Positions 38,201 to 52,843 of a stretch of 64,000 nucleotides of DNA are shown here, one piece after another. Position 1 is the first letter of the stretch; the number at the start of each line of letters is the position of its first letter. Under the pieces are notes generated by a model. That model saw only the letters and a program-made list of their open reading frames with translations, made no database searches and was not told the DNA's origin. The stretch lies in contig OZ037766.1 of NCBI GenBank assembly GCA_964035545.1, forward strand, positions 2,294,001-2,358,000, in the 5' to 3' direction. The position numbers and the translations under genes were made by a program. Source of the stretch: Bugula neritina (lineage: Eukaryota; Animalia; Bryozoa).

Positions 38201-40874
38201 TTGCCCCCTCTCCTGCTCTCCACCTCTTTAATCCTTATAAGTGTGAGCAAACTCCTTTGTCTAATCATATTCTTAGCTTTTTCCTCAACTGATTATAACT
38301 CATTGTTTAATTATTTATGGCCAAGTACTTGCATGGCTTATATTTATTAGCTAAAAGGCTGATCGACATTTAAGTGGCTATAAAAACTGTAGCCAGACAC
38401 AAAAACCAAGACAATTTCAAAAATAATTTCGGTTGCCTTTCAGAAGTAATTGAATTTTTTCCTGCCATTGATTTAGATTTCGACTTTGTGGTGAGGAATT
38501 TTTCAGGAATGTGCAGTGAGACTTCAGACTTAATAGTCTAGCCCACAATCCTACTTCAACAAAGCTTCATTTATTTAATGAGGTTTATTATATACTCACA
38601 TTGTACCATAACCGCAATACGTGTAAAACTCTCTTTAAAATGTCATCAACACTCATTATGTGTGTTAGGTGGTGCAAGTCAAATACCACCACCCCACATA
38701 CCAATCAGATTCATGGTGGAGTTTGCAGTTGCTTGTTATTCATAGAAAAGCTTTTAGAAATTGAACATAAAATGCAAATTTTTAGGCGGTAACAGTATAG
38801 CAAGCCTCTTTCTAAAAAACAATTAAAGACTATAATATGTTAAAGCTCAATGTGCAAAAATTGGTGTACTTCTATAAGTACATATTATGAATGCTTCAGA
38901 TCAATTTCATGGACTTTTATTTAGTTACTTTAGATATATATTAAAACTAATCCACTCATTGCTCATAATAACATTATTTTAATAATCTCGGTGTAATCAA
39001 GTTTTTTGAACTCTTATAGAGTTATCCTCTCTGAATAACTAAAGCAAACTAAGTAGCACATGCAGCTGTTCAATTGCCTTAAAATGCTTATTTAAAGATT
39101 TTTTATGACATTTCTTCAAAACTAAGAAAAAGCTCAATTTATATAATACAAAATTATCAAAAGGCTACAAAGGTGAGTACATATATTATGGTCTAATGCA
39201 AAGTGATTTTAATTTGAAACTCCCAAATGTCAAATTCACAATTTTTGGAAACCTTTAGTTAAACAGTTAAACTAGATGAAATTTACCTTCGAAAAATTAT
39301 ATTAAACTTGAAAAATTATGTTTGTCAACACCTAAACTGAAAAAGTTTAGTAAAATTCAAAAAACTTATTGAGTTGTGATTCGCTTTTAATACCAAACTA
39401 TAGATGCTGGTAAATTTGACTTTCTCGCTTTTAATTCCATAGTGTTTTTTATCTTAGTTACATAATTTTAAAATAATATATAATATAATAGCTAGTCTAG
39501 CATATATGCGTACAACTTTTTGAGCACATTACTAATACAATACGTGACGTGATTTGTGAGTGGTATAAAGCAATTTATTTTTAAGGGTAAACCTTTTGAG
39601 TTATCTAAACCACTACTACACAACTCAATTTCCTCTAATTGCATGAAAAATTATTTTTATTGGTTAACTTAATATGGGGTTTAACTTTAAAACCCCATGA
39701 ATATTCCAAAAACATTTTGTTTCAACAAAGAATAATGCGTTCCACTATTCATAAAATAATACGCATAATATTATATAAATTGAAAGTGAATATAGCTTAA
39801 TAGTGATATAAACAGTAAACATATTTTTATACAGTGCTATGGCATTTTATGTGTGGTAGCATATTTGCTTCTGTTGCTATAAGTTATAACTTAAAGTTGT
39901 AATTGCAGAATATAAAATATATAAATTGTAAGGATCGAAGGTTTAATCATTTCCATGATGTCATCCTTTTGCTTAAAGCATTTATATTAATTAGTATCAT
40001 TTGCTTCATTGTTCAGCTTTAGTGGCAAAGGCTCCATGTTAACTTTGAAAATTTGATGACACATCACTTTTTCAAATCTTCTTATTTTAAATGCAAATCT
40101 CTTATACAATCAAATAGAAAACACACTATATATAGTATAGTTGTTGAAATGCTTATTTATACATATACAAGTACCTACAACTTTAAAGAGTATATCATTA
40201 TTATTATAATAGGTGGCTGTACAAGTTTGCTTTATAATTTTATACTAAACAAATTATTTGACGTGTACTGTAATAATACTTAAATGATTATATAAGTATT
40301 TTCCTGGAAGCCAGGATTTTATGCTAATATAATATAGTTTAACCAAGTAATAGAAGTGAAAACAGTATATATTGCACGAAAGTAGCCTTTCTAAACTGAA
40401 CGGACATACATGTATAGTATATTCACAATTCATAGTATTTTCTTCTCAGGCTGATTACTTCACTGAGGAGAAGTTATATGATGTTCTAAGAGTGCTTTAC
40501 GCTAATCATATTTGTGCAAATTGCTACAAAAACTACGGCCAACAAAAAGGATCATTGGTTATTATAGCTTCAGGACTAGTATCGAAAACGTGTGATACGT
40601 AGTTCAAGTAGAAGTCATTGAGGATGTCAGGAAGAGCATCCAATCCTAATTGCTTTTGGGTCACAACATCTTTTAGCCAGTTTAAAACCCCTTATCGTTG
40701 TGATTAAAGAGTGGTGGTATAAGGCTATGTTAAGGTATTGAAATAATTTTACCTGGAATAGTAATTGTTGTTTACTGGGTGACGGTTTCTAACGCTCCTA
40801 ACAATGCCATGGCTGTAGGTTTGAGATACGAAACATACTTCTATCAGAGCTAGTAGCAGCCATAGAACCTTCAT
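35294..40874 (-). CDS. G6: small secreted Tyr/Arg-rich prepropeptide (~67 aa; 3' exons tentative)
   Basis: Exon 40753-40874 encodes MKVLWLLLALIEVCFVSQTYS|HGIVRSVRNRHPVNNNYYS and ends in phase 2 (AG|gtaaaa). Micro-exons 38600-38632 (gtgagt donor) and 36480-36517 (ttttacag / gtaagt) continue in frame as REFYTYCGYGTMYRKRYGQRRWGS. Terminal exon 35294-35304 (AFY*) is uncertain. A 5'UTR exon donor CAG|GTGAGT lies at 41871. Not present in the supplied ORF track. Confidence 0.55.
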
Positions 40875-42698
40875 TCTATCTCAAGTTTACCTTTAAAATA
40901 ATAAGGAAACTCAAGCACATTAAACATATAATATTCACATTTCTACTCAAGTAGAGAGGTTAGCTAGTTTTTGACATGCGTGCTCCTGTAAACCCTTTTT
41001 GAAGTTAGGTTGATTTGGAAATTTTCTCTCTATAGCAACAATTGACTCGCCTATTTCATGCGTCATGCCCTTTGAAAAACTAACGTATCATTAAAATCGA
41101 TTACATAATTTACATAATTTAAAACTTTTACTTGCATCAATAAAGCTTTATTAAACACACCTTGAATAAGTAATTTAATTTAGAAAGTAATTACATAATA
41201 AAATTTGAACAGCTATAAACTGGATGCATTTTTGAAACGTGCCAAAAAAGGTTATAGCACAAATAGTGTTGGTTAGTTGTATTTACAATGGGAAAAGCCT
41301 CAAAAAATATTTCATGTATCTATATAAATGAATGTTTTATCTAAAATGTTGAATTTAGGGTATAAAAGTATTTTAAACATTTTGAGTGCCTTATATAATT
41401 ACACATGTCATAAATACATAATGCATATATATAATTGCAGATGTACAGTAGAAGATCATTCCTCTTATATTTGCAACAAATATTGCATTATCATGATACA
41501 GTTATATTCTGCATTCATAAAATATTAAGACGCTATAGTAACTTTCAGCTAGGGTGCATATTAAAAGATTAAGAGTTTCAAAAAAGCTTTAATGCTACAT
41601 TGTGAATGTTATAATATGCATATAAGTGTATAGCTATACATCAATAATAACTTGTATTAAACAACCTAGCTCAACGTAAATTATGTTTATTAACTTGAAA
41701 ATACTAAAAGGTTGTGAAATAATTGCTAGAATTTAAAGCTTTCATTAATTAAGCTTTTATAGCTCGCAAATTTAGATCAAAAGTTTCAGTTCAGTAATAA
41801 TGAAAATCACAAAATTATTAGTGGAAAATAATTGCCTAAGTAAATCAAATTTGTCAACAGTAAAACTCACCTGGACAGATGGTGTGGGAAAAGAAGATGT
41901 TATATTATATCAAGCTTTGAGTGCTTTTGTCGAATGTATCTATAAACATCTATTATAACCAGAAGAAGAACTGGAGAGAAAACCAATTGACTAGAATGTG
42001 GTGTTTACCAGGAGCAACTCAGCCTTATAAATTCCTTACATGAGCTCTCAGTATACCTGGGTGACCTTTTCCTTGCCTTGAATCTGTATGAAGTGGCTTA
42101 TTTACCAACTGACAAACTCACATTGGCTACACAATAGTGCCAATTACTCATCCCAATTTACATAAATTTGCATACTTTGGTAATCAGTCGTCGTATTCAA
42201 AGGTAACTCAAAGGCGACACGCCATAAACATTTTCCTACCTATGTGCTAAACTCAATCAACAACATAGAAGTCTTGCTTTACGTCACAAGTTGTATAGGA
42301 AAGTCACATTGAAGGGTGGAATTGTTGGGTGGACAGATCTCTGCAATGCTACGGAGCCAACCAAAAGGGCGATGACTAGAAAGAGTTGATAGAATTCTGA
42401 CTAAAGTAATTAATATTCAAAGAATTTACTGCAATATATTAAACCACATATGGGGAAGTAATATGTTACAAGTGCGCATCATCTATGGATAATATTACTG
42501 AATAGTAACTCAAACTCATTATACCAGTGGCTACAGTATAATACATAACATTGTTGAGGCAATGTAAGTGTAGACTAGGAAACGGCAGGCATATTTATAT
42601 TATAATTCATCATCAAACTAGTTGAAGTTGTTTGTTCTGAAGTTTTCATAAACAAAATACAATCAGATATTATATTATATTATATATACATGTATATA

Positions 42699-44456
42699 CA
42701 GTGATGTGAAAAAGTTTAAGGACGCTTGCAGAAATTTCTATGTATCTTGTTTAATAGGCATTTCTTGTAAGTTCCTAATATTTTCCTGCAAGTTCTATAT
42801 ATCAAAATGACCCTTAGAATATGCTCTACAATTTCCACCTTCTAAATTCCTGCTGTTGTGATGTTTTCTACTCATTTTTGGGCCAACTGCACAAGCAGCT
42901 AGGGAAGCGCAACTCCTATATTTTTATGTAACCAAAGTTCATCGACTTTTATAACCACAAAAGGCTAAATAGTGAAATTTGACTTTGTGCATAGCATCAT
43001 GATATCATAAAGTATGGCTTCCTTTTATAATTTGAAATATGTCATTTAGTTGTGAGCTTTTACATGGTGTCCACTTGGGCGCTGCGCATAGACTAAATGA
43101 GAGGTGTAGATCTTCCTTCAGAGGCAAAGTTTGTAATAATTTTCTTGCACAAAGAAGGTTATTCAATTAGGAAAATATCTGAAAAGGTTGGCAAAGTAAA
43201 GACAACTGTACATCAAATTATCAAGAAGTTTATGGACACTGGTAGTGTAGCAGATGGACCTGAAAATGGCCGACCAAAAATAAGCACACCTAGAGATGAC
43301 AAGGTTCTCATTGGGATCAGCAAGTAAGATTGCCATAAAAAAAGTCTTGCGTAGGCAAGGAATAGACAGAATCAACAGGAACACCAGCTTCGACATCCCT
43401 GATAAGGCAAGATTGCTGAGCCATGGTTTACATGGCCGCAAAGCAAGAGGAAGCCTCAACCAACCGAGAAGCAACAAAAAAGTCGGTTACGGTGGGCCAG
43501 GGAGCCTGGTAATTAGACAGTGAATGATTAGAAAAAAAGTATTTTTTTCAGATGAATCCATATTTAATGTGAACAATCATGCTGGAAACTGTTGTGTTAA
43601 AAGGTACCAGTATGAGAAATATAACTCTTAATGTATTCTTCGAACAATTAAGCACCCTATCGGTGTTATGTTCTGGGGTTGTATAACATCAAAAAGCGTA
43701 ATTGCTCTGGAATGATGTTAATGCTCAAAAATATATGGAGAATCTCAATGCTAAGCATCTTCCAATCATAAAAAACTTCTTTTTAAATGAAATTAACATA
43801 TTTGAAGATGACAATGCACCATGCCATTGGGCAAAAACTGTTAAAAAGTGGATGAAAAAGCAGAGGGTCTCAACGCTTAACTGGCCAGCACAAAGCCGGG
43901 ACTTGAACCCAATAAGAAATTTATGGTCAAGAATGGCTAAAATAGTCTCTTCACAGAAGCCAACAACTAAGGTGACACTCATAGAGCCTGTAATTCATGC
44001 ATGGCGTCATGTCGTGACTGAAAACGAGTTGGAGAAGCTGTACGAGTCGATGCCTCGTCGCTGCCGACTGGTGATTGAGAATAAAGGCTGGCCAACAAAA
44101 CATTGATACTAAAATTCAAAGCACTGTGTGTTGCAATGCTGCTATAATGTGTATAACAATTTACATATAATATTTTTCTATGTTTCAAGTAAAATATTCT
44201 GATGTCTTACAATACACACAAATTGTGAGAACATTAAATAATTCCCATATATGCATAGTATCTCATTGTTTTACCCAAATCTTTTGGAGGATGTAAAAAG
44301 AGAAACTTATAATCTATATGAATGAGATAAGGAGATCTTAAGGATCATTTTGATAGGCACCATGCCTATGGAAATGCATTAGTTATGTCTTAAAATTAGC
44401 TTTGAACATTGCTATTATGGAAAACAGGGAGGCGTCCTTAAACTTTTTCACAGCAC

Positions 44457-44458
<2 letters not shown>
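42699..44458 (+). mobile_element. Tc1-family DNA transposon, full length (1760 bp), inactive
   Basis: 27-bp TIRs CAGTG(A/C)TGTGAAAAAGTTTAAGGACGC with 1 mismatch, a TA TSD, and internal transposase remnants. Confidence 0.95.
43097..44106 (+). pseudogene. Tc1 (DD34E-type) transposase pseudogene
   Basis: HTH region GYSIRKISEKVG..TVHQII, GRPK linker, FSDES, FEDDNAPCH and WPAQSRDLNPIRNLW. Broken by stops and frameshifts. The position 34 residues after the second Asp reads R instead of E. Confidence 0.92.
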
Positions 44459-44508
<50 letters not shown>

Positions 44509-44529
44509 ATATATTTATTATTATTATTA

Positions 44530-44597
<68 letters not shown>
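44459..44597. repeat. (TA)n tract abutting the right TIR of the Tc1 element
   Basis: Read directly; interrupted by a short (TTA)n. Confidence 0.95.
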
Positions 44598-44601
<4 letters not shown>

Positions 44602-46679
44602 CGATGCATGTCAGAGTATTTTATTTCATATATACAACAGTTTGTCAATCTGAGCTATAGACTTGTCAGTTTTCCCTTGAATATAATATATAGCTATAAA
44701 CTCACGTGGCACAGGCACTATTTTAATATTTTTCCTCATGCATTAGGTTTCATTAAGAGTTTTCTTCTCAATTTTATAAGGAGCTTATCCAACTTTCTGC
44801 AGGTAGCTAAGTAATGATCTGTGAATTGCTAATCTGCAAAACATTCACATTAAACTTATCATAAACATAATAAAGATATATATAAATAGACATATAAGAT
44901 ATGCATTGAAATTGCTAGGAAAATTAAATAAAAGTAATTTGTAACTTGTTTTTATGAAACATAAAAAACTTCTAAATGTTTAAATTTCAACACAGCAATT
45001 GATTGAGCCTTTCACACATACATTTATATAAACATATAACTATAATCAATATAGTATATATGTTATAATAATACATTAAATACAATAATTATATTTCTAA
45101 CGTCACCAGTTTGTATATTTGGAGTAGCCTGCACTATAAACATGAGAAATTTATGTTTATGTTGTATTACTGTTATCATGGCAACCATAAACCTATAATA
45201 CTATATTATTCTATAATGTTCTATTCTACAAATTGCATAAAATTTCCCTCATGAATTTTTAGTAGTTTTTAATTTTCTTTATTTGATTAGTATTATTCAG
45301 TTGCATTGAAATTTCAGCTACTTTAAAATCTGTCACAAGCCAGTTATAGTAATATGTAAGCTACTTAGAGTCGCATTATAGCCGCAGGAGACCACAACTC
45401 CAGTTACTGCAATTTAATTTATTTAGGCCGTCAATAGTGGCTATAAATAAACTAAAATAATAACATGATTATGTTATATAATATAATTAAAAATGTATAA
45501 TAATTGAAATATGAAATTAAGTTAATATAATGCGTTAACTAATGAATGATAATATAGATAGTATTAATACCATAGTTATAACATAATAACCTAAAGGTAT
45601 GCTGTACATATACAATGCATATTCATGATGGACCGTAGTATAAATATTTTCTAAATTTACAATATTTTTATGTAGCATTTGGTAGAACAAAGAAGCAGAT
45701 ATATGGTTTTATTTCAGCGGTACTATATATATTACTGCCTGTAGAACAATATGAAAGAATACATACTTTCAACAGATTTTCGTATCATGTAAATGCATCT
45801 CGCTATATAGTATAATCTAATCTTAAATTTATAATGCAGTTTCAGTTTAAAATAACTCATAATTATTATATTAAAATTTTGCAGGGCACTTATTAGCTGG
45901 CAATAATAAATTAATATATTAGATAAATGGTTATGAATTAGCTATAATTGCCTTTTGATTCATGTGAAAATAGAATAAATTATAATGGTATTGTAAAGAT
46001 AATATAGCCGTTTCTTTGTTCACTCGGGCTACCTCAGGCTTTGTGGTTAGGGAATATTAGCTAGGTTTATAGCCTGCCTGCTGCTTGGTTTGAGTAGCTT
46101 TTGAATATAAGCTTAATTCAATGAACACTGAGAGCTTTTATTACATAACCATGCATCTGATAGATGAGTCTTAGCTTTAGTTTCAGCCTTTTTGAATAGT
46201 CAGATCTAGTTTGTCAGTAGTCACAAATTTAACAATATAATAACTATAAATAGCCCGTCAGCAGGAGACCAAAAGTCAGTAGAAACTCAGTTTTTTAACT
46301 TTATATTTTGTTGCATATATAAAGTCCTGTATTCCATATTTTGTAGTCCATAAACCGATATATGTTACACCATGCACCCACATATTTTATGGCTTTTATT
46401 TACATTTTGTTTCTGTGTTAGTATATTTTATTAAACGTACTTTACCTAGAATTCACGGTCTACCATAAGATCATCAGTAAAGAGCAGTGAAATAACTCCA
46501 TGCACCACACTGACACCTTTACTTAGCACAATTTAAATCCACTACAGCAAAACCTCTATACCAGAGTGAAATGTTCCACATGCAGATACAATATTTAGAG
46601 CTGTAGCTGGCGCGGTATTAGAATGCAGAAAGGGCAATATTATGTATGAGTAATTAGTTTTAAAATTATCTGGACTATA

Positions 46680-47355
46680 ATATAAAGCTTTAATTCAAAA
46701 GATGCTGAAATATAGCCATCCCATGCATTACTGCCTAGACTTAAGAGTCTATAGTGCTATAAAAATTTGAATTTCTCTATCCAATGCCTAAACTATACAA
46801 GCTTTAAAAACATGTTAGATAGTTTATTATAAGGAGTTGCTTTCTGCAGAGATGGGGTTTGAAAATCAGGTGTATTTTTGAAAAAAATGAAAATGGAAGA
46901 ATTGCTACTTTAACAAAACAAAAGTCAAAAAGTTCAAATAAATATAAGGTATATATAAATTATATATACCTTATATATACCTTATATATAAGGTATATAT
47001 AAGGTATATATACCTTATATATACCTTATATATAAGGTATATATAAGGTATATATACCTTATATATACCTTATATATAAGGTATATAAAGCTTTTATAAT
47101 GTATGATGCTGAAGATTATATACCCGGCACATAATTGCTTTTATAGACTTGCATTGTACAAAAACTTTGAATCTCTATCCAACGCCTAAAGTAGAACATG
47201 CTCTGATATATTAGATTATTTATAAGGAGTTGTTTTCTGCAGGGATGGGGTTTGAAAACTGCGGGTTTCTTTATGCCAGGAATAAAAATTGAAGGTTTGC
47301 TACAACGATATGTTGTTCACCAAAATCCAACTTTAATAAAACCACATTCAAAAGG
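46680..47355. repeat. Diverged ~260-bp direct duplication (about 46680-46936 and 47083-47355) separated by a palindromic 11-bp minisatellite (46943-47087)
   Basis: Shared blocks TCTCTATCCAA.GCCTAAA and TTATAAGGAGTTG.TTTCTGCAG.GATGGGGTTTGAAAA. The spacer is built from TATATAAGGTA and its reverse complement TACCTTATATA. Confidence 0.85.
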
Positions 47356-48213
47356 TCATTTGCAATTGCAGCGTAGCTGCATGCCTCACTGCTAACAAAT
47401 AAGAAATGTTATTAGGCTCAACACTATTGTTATAGCCTAAAACCAAAACTCAAATCATGAGTTCTTTTGCAAACTTTTTCAAATTTTTTAGTAAAGGCTA
47501 AAAAAGATGTTTCTATAATATATGCATGGTATCGAATAGCGTACATATAACAGTCAGTAGATACTTTAATGATAAAGAAATAAGCATTCTGAGATTTCAT
47601 TGAACTTGTTTTATATTAAAATGAAGTTTTTAAGCTTTTCTCTTATACTCTTAAACCATCGATAGAGGCTATAGTGAGCCTAAGTGTTGATTTATTTAAT
47701 AACTGTGCTTTTGATTGCTATTCAACTAGTTGCATGTGTAATTGGGGGAAATTGTTTTATACACATTTTGTCTTTTCTTTGTGATATTCTGAAAAGCTGC
47801 ACCTTAAATTATAATAATCAAATATGCAACAAAAAACATCTTTCCATAAAATGCTCATATTAATTGTTATTTTTTTTGATTAGCTCAATTTGACAAGACA
47901 TAAGTTAAAGTGAGTTATATAAACAGTTGGACATAGTTTTTGGGATATTTTATTTAACCATCAACATGAAAATGATATTGTAAACTATTGTTTTACATGA
48001 AACAATAAGTGAATGACAACAAAATGCAATAACTGGTAGTAAAGCTGTTTCTACTCCGACTATAATGTTGAACTCATTTGTTTGTATATAGCTAAACTTA
48101 GTCTGCAACAACAATTACATGTTTAGGTTAGAATTATTAATTATGCATGTTTTCAATCAATCCAGATCTGTGTCATTTTCATTGATCGGTTAATACAATC
48201 AAGGATGTAGTTT

Positions 48214-48700
48214 TTATGGGTTCAAAGATTGAGGATTTTCATTACCATGAACAATAGGGTGTTCTGTAGAAGGTTTCTTTGGCGGTGGTCTGCAACAACA
48301 AAGTAATAATACCATTATATAAGTACTTGAATAACAATTGATAAATGTTTCAATAAAAAAGACAAATTTGTGTGCCTAAATTCATTATTTAAATTTTAGC
48401 CTACAAATAACAATTGAAAACTTTCGCTATTATAAATACTCGATCATTCTTGGAATTCAAATAAATCCTACAGTGAGCTTTCTAATAAAAAAGCTATAAG
48501 AGTATTATTTCATGTTCTATATTACAATTATATAGCATTATTGAAGCAGTTAAAAATGCATTGAGTAAACTGGTATTATATAACTGGATAATATCCAGCT
48601 GGAATATGAATACATACCTTTCCTCTCCTTGCAGCGGAGCTTGCATACCAAGAGACAGTACAGCTAGACATAAGACCAGTAAAAAGGCAAAGATCTTCAT
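48214..48700 (-). CDS. G7: 52-aa secreted Pro-rich peptide precursor
   Basis: Exons 48618-48700 (AG|gtatgt, phase 2) and 48214-48289 (ttgcag|A) give MKIFAFLLVLCLAVLSLG|MQAPLQGEERPPPKKPSTEHPIVHGNENPQSLNP*. Acceptor ttttcag before 48725 upstream of the ATG. Confidence 0.75.
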
Positions 48701-49519
48701 TTTAGCTTCAACGGTTTTTCGGAGTCTGAAAATATAAAATATTATTCTATAAAATAGTTTATGTTGTGCCTGAGCTTATCTGTTTATAGTATAAAGCATT
48801 TAGTATATGCATTTCAGGTAACCAGTGGTATGTTGCAATTGGTTTCAAAATACAAAAATTTTAGACCAAAAGATTTTGGAGTATTTTTGTATTAAATATT
48901 ACAGAAATATCATAATCACAAGAATAATATTTAAATGCATTTATATTCCATTAACAATAGAAATAATATTATTCATAATATTTTGCAAATCATAACAACG
49001 AAATTAAAAAACAACATTGGCGTAAGTAAATTAGTAGTCATATTTATAGATATATAGATTGATATACAAATAATTGCTGATTTTATATATAGGTACCAGA
49101 AATTAAAATGCTGCATCATAACTAGTTTTAATAAATTTGTTGGTAAACAGTTACTCGCACCTGTACAATATCTAAACTCAGTTATTTCAATAAGCATTTA
49201 TAAAATAGAATACATTTTAACAATTTTTTGTGTACAATTTCTTTTTATTAATATACCCAATTTTGTATAAGTAAATGAGTTAAATAATAGCATAACATTT
49301 CCACTAAATGAGAAAAATTTTCAAATGCTTATGATTCTAACATATAACAATATATTATAAGATTTTTAGATTTATCATATTATTAACGTGATTTTAGAAA
49401 TTCTATAATCTTGCTGCCATCATTACGCATGTACTATTTAGAAAACATTTGCAGAAGCTAAATATAAACTCAATATTACACGCTAAGCTGAAACAAACTA
49501 AATAAAATAATTTTCTAAC

Positions 49520-49610
49520 CTTAGCTTGTGAAGTTTGTAGGATATACTTTGTATATCTGCAGCTGCTGTAGTGGATATAGTGAGTTTCATGCCACCATAG
49601 CACTTATATA
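49520..49610 (-). promoter_or_regulatory. G7 TATA box and non-coding exon 1
   Basis: TATATAAG at 49603-49610 (minus), TCACT Inr-like site about 30 nt downstream, donor AAG|GTTAGA at 49520. Confidence 0.55.
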
Positions 49611-49907
49611 CATTGTGAAAGTATTAATGGCCGACATTCTGTTCTAACTCAAGTTCTAAAAGTCCTTTGATTAACCAATCCAGCAACAGTTATTAACTGA
49701 GAGTTTATGTAACACTTCATGGCTGAGCAGCTGCAAATTTACCACATAGTGGCAAATTTATCTGACGAGTGCACATCGTTTTTGTGTACGAAACTACTAG
49801 TAATAAATGCCATTATATTAATCAAATCTCATTTTATTTCTTCTAATGTTTATGCTCTAGATTTATTTCTATAGAGCACTCTAGTAACGTTTTATAAACA
49901 CTCATTT

Positions 49908-51414
<1,507 letters not shown>

Positions 51415-52699
51415 ATCATATATTACTTCTTCATTATATATTTTTTTTATATAGTGTAATAATCATAGTTACAACACAATAACCAGCTCTCCTATAATAC
51501 CTGGCTATTCACTTAATTATGTAAAATGATAGCAACATTTGAACCTGAAATGCAATTAAATTAAAAATCTAAATTGCTTGTTTTTAGTTTTACACTCATC
51601 AATATACTTGTACTCAACCATTGAAGTGGTTAGCATAAAACTCGAAGATTTTCACAGCAATCATGTGCACCTGCGTGAAACACTTTGATGTAAAGCCACG
51701 TATTCAAGTTAAATCTGCTTCAAGATAATTTTTATCCCTCAGTGCTTAACCCCAGAAAGATATTTTCAACATTATTATTGGATTAAGTAGAAGATAATTT
51801 AAGTAAGTAATATTTTGCAACTTTTTTATTGGCTTTACTTTAAACCATATGTAATCCCTATATATAGTCTACTGGAATAACAAAAGCATAAAATAGCCCA
51901 TAAATAATATAATCTGAGCTGGGAATTTAAGTACCACATATTCTAGTTCTGATTACATTTTTAATGTAAAACATATTTTCAATAAATCAAAATCCGTCTA
52001 CATTTTTGTGCTTCTTGAAGCTTTATTTATCCTTTTTCTCAACAGTATCCGTAGCTTATGTTTTAGGCTTTTAAACACGTTTGGTGTTCATTTCTGTTGC
52101 AGCAAATCAGAATTAAGCTAGCTATTTTTCAATATCGTAGTATTAAGTTATAGACGCATAGTTAGTCAAACACTTCTGTAATACTTTTAAACTTTTCTTT
52201 TAATTAATTGAATAATAAAAATGCAATATATTATATACTACTGGAAGATATTATTTGAATTGGTAATATCATTAATAAAAATTGATACATTTTAACGTGT
52301 TTTTAACCTCAAGCAATTTGTCATTTTGAAAACTAATCTATCCAATCAAAGTTTAAGGTTTTTTTTCAATTCAATTATTTTATAATAACAAAATGCCACT
52401 TTCAACAATTTATACTTTGATTGATTATAGAATATTATTACTTTTTGCAACACATATGCACATATATACATTTATATTATATGTTTTTATATATAGTAAG
52501 TGCGAGTTTGTCAAACAGCAGATGAAAGTCTTTCAATTATTTATACATAATAATGAGCAGGTATATAAGTATATGAAATAATACTTACAGATGTTGTTTT
52601 TAAATTTATTTGGCAACTGCTAAGTATATGTGATTCTTCCAGCATTCATAAAATATATTAGTAAGTTACAATTGTTACATTGCATAAATCATAAAATTT

Positions 52700-52843
52700 A
52701 TTGCATATATTGCATATATTGCATATATTGCATATATTGCATTTATTGCATATATTGCATATATTGCATATATTGCATATATTGCATATATTGCATATAT
52801 TGCATATATTGCATATATTGCATATATTGCATATATTGCATAT
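52700..52843. repeat. (ATTGCATAT)x16 minisatellite
   Basis: 9-bp unit read directly, with one variant unit. Confidence 0.95.

Noticed and set aside
38163-38288. Purine-rich candidate minus-strand exon inside G6
   Set aside because: Open only in phase 1; gives an immediate stop in the phase required by the upstream exons; weak donor (gtgaaa).
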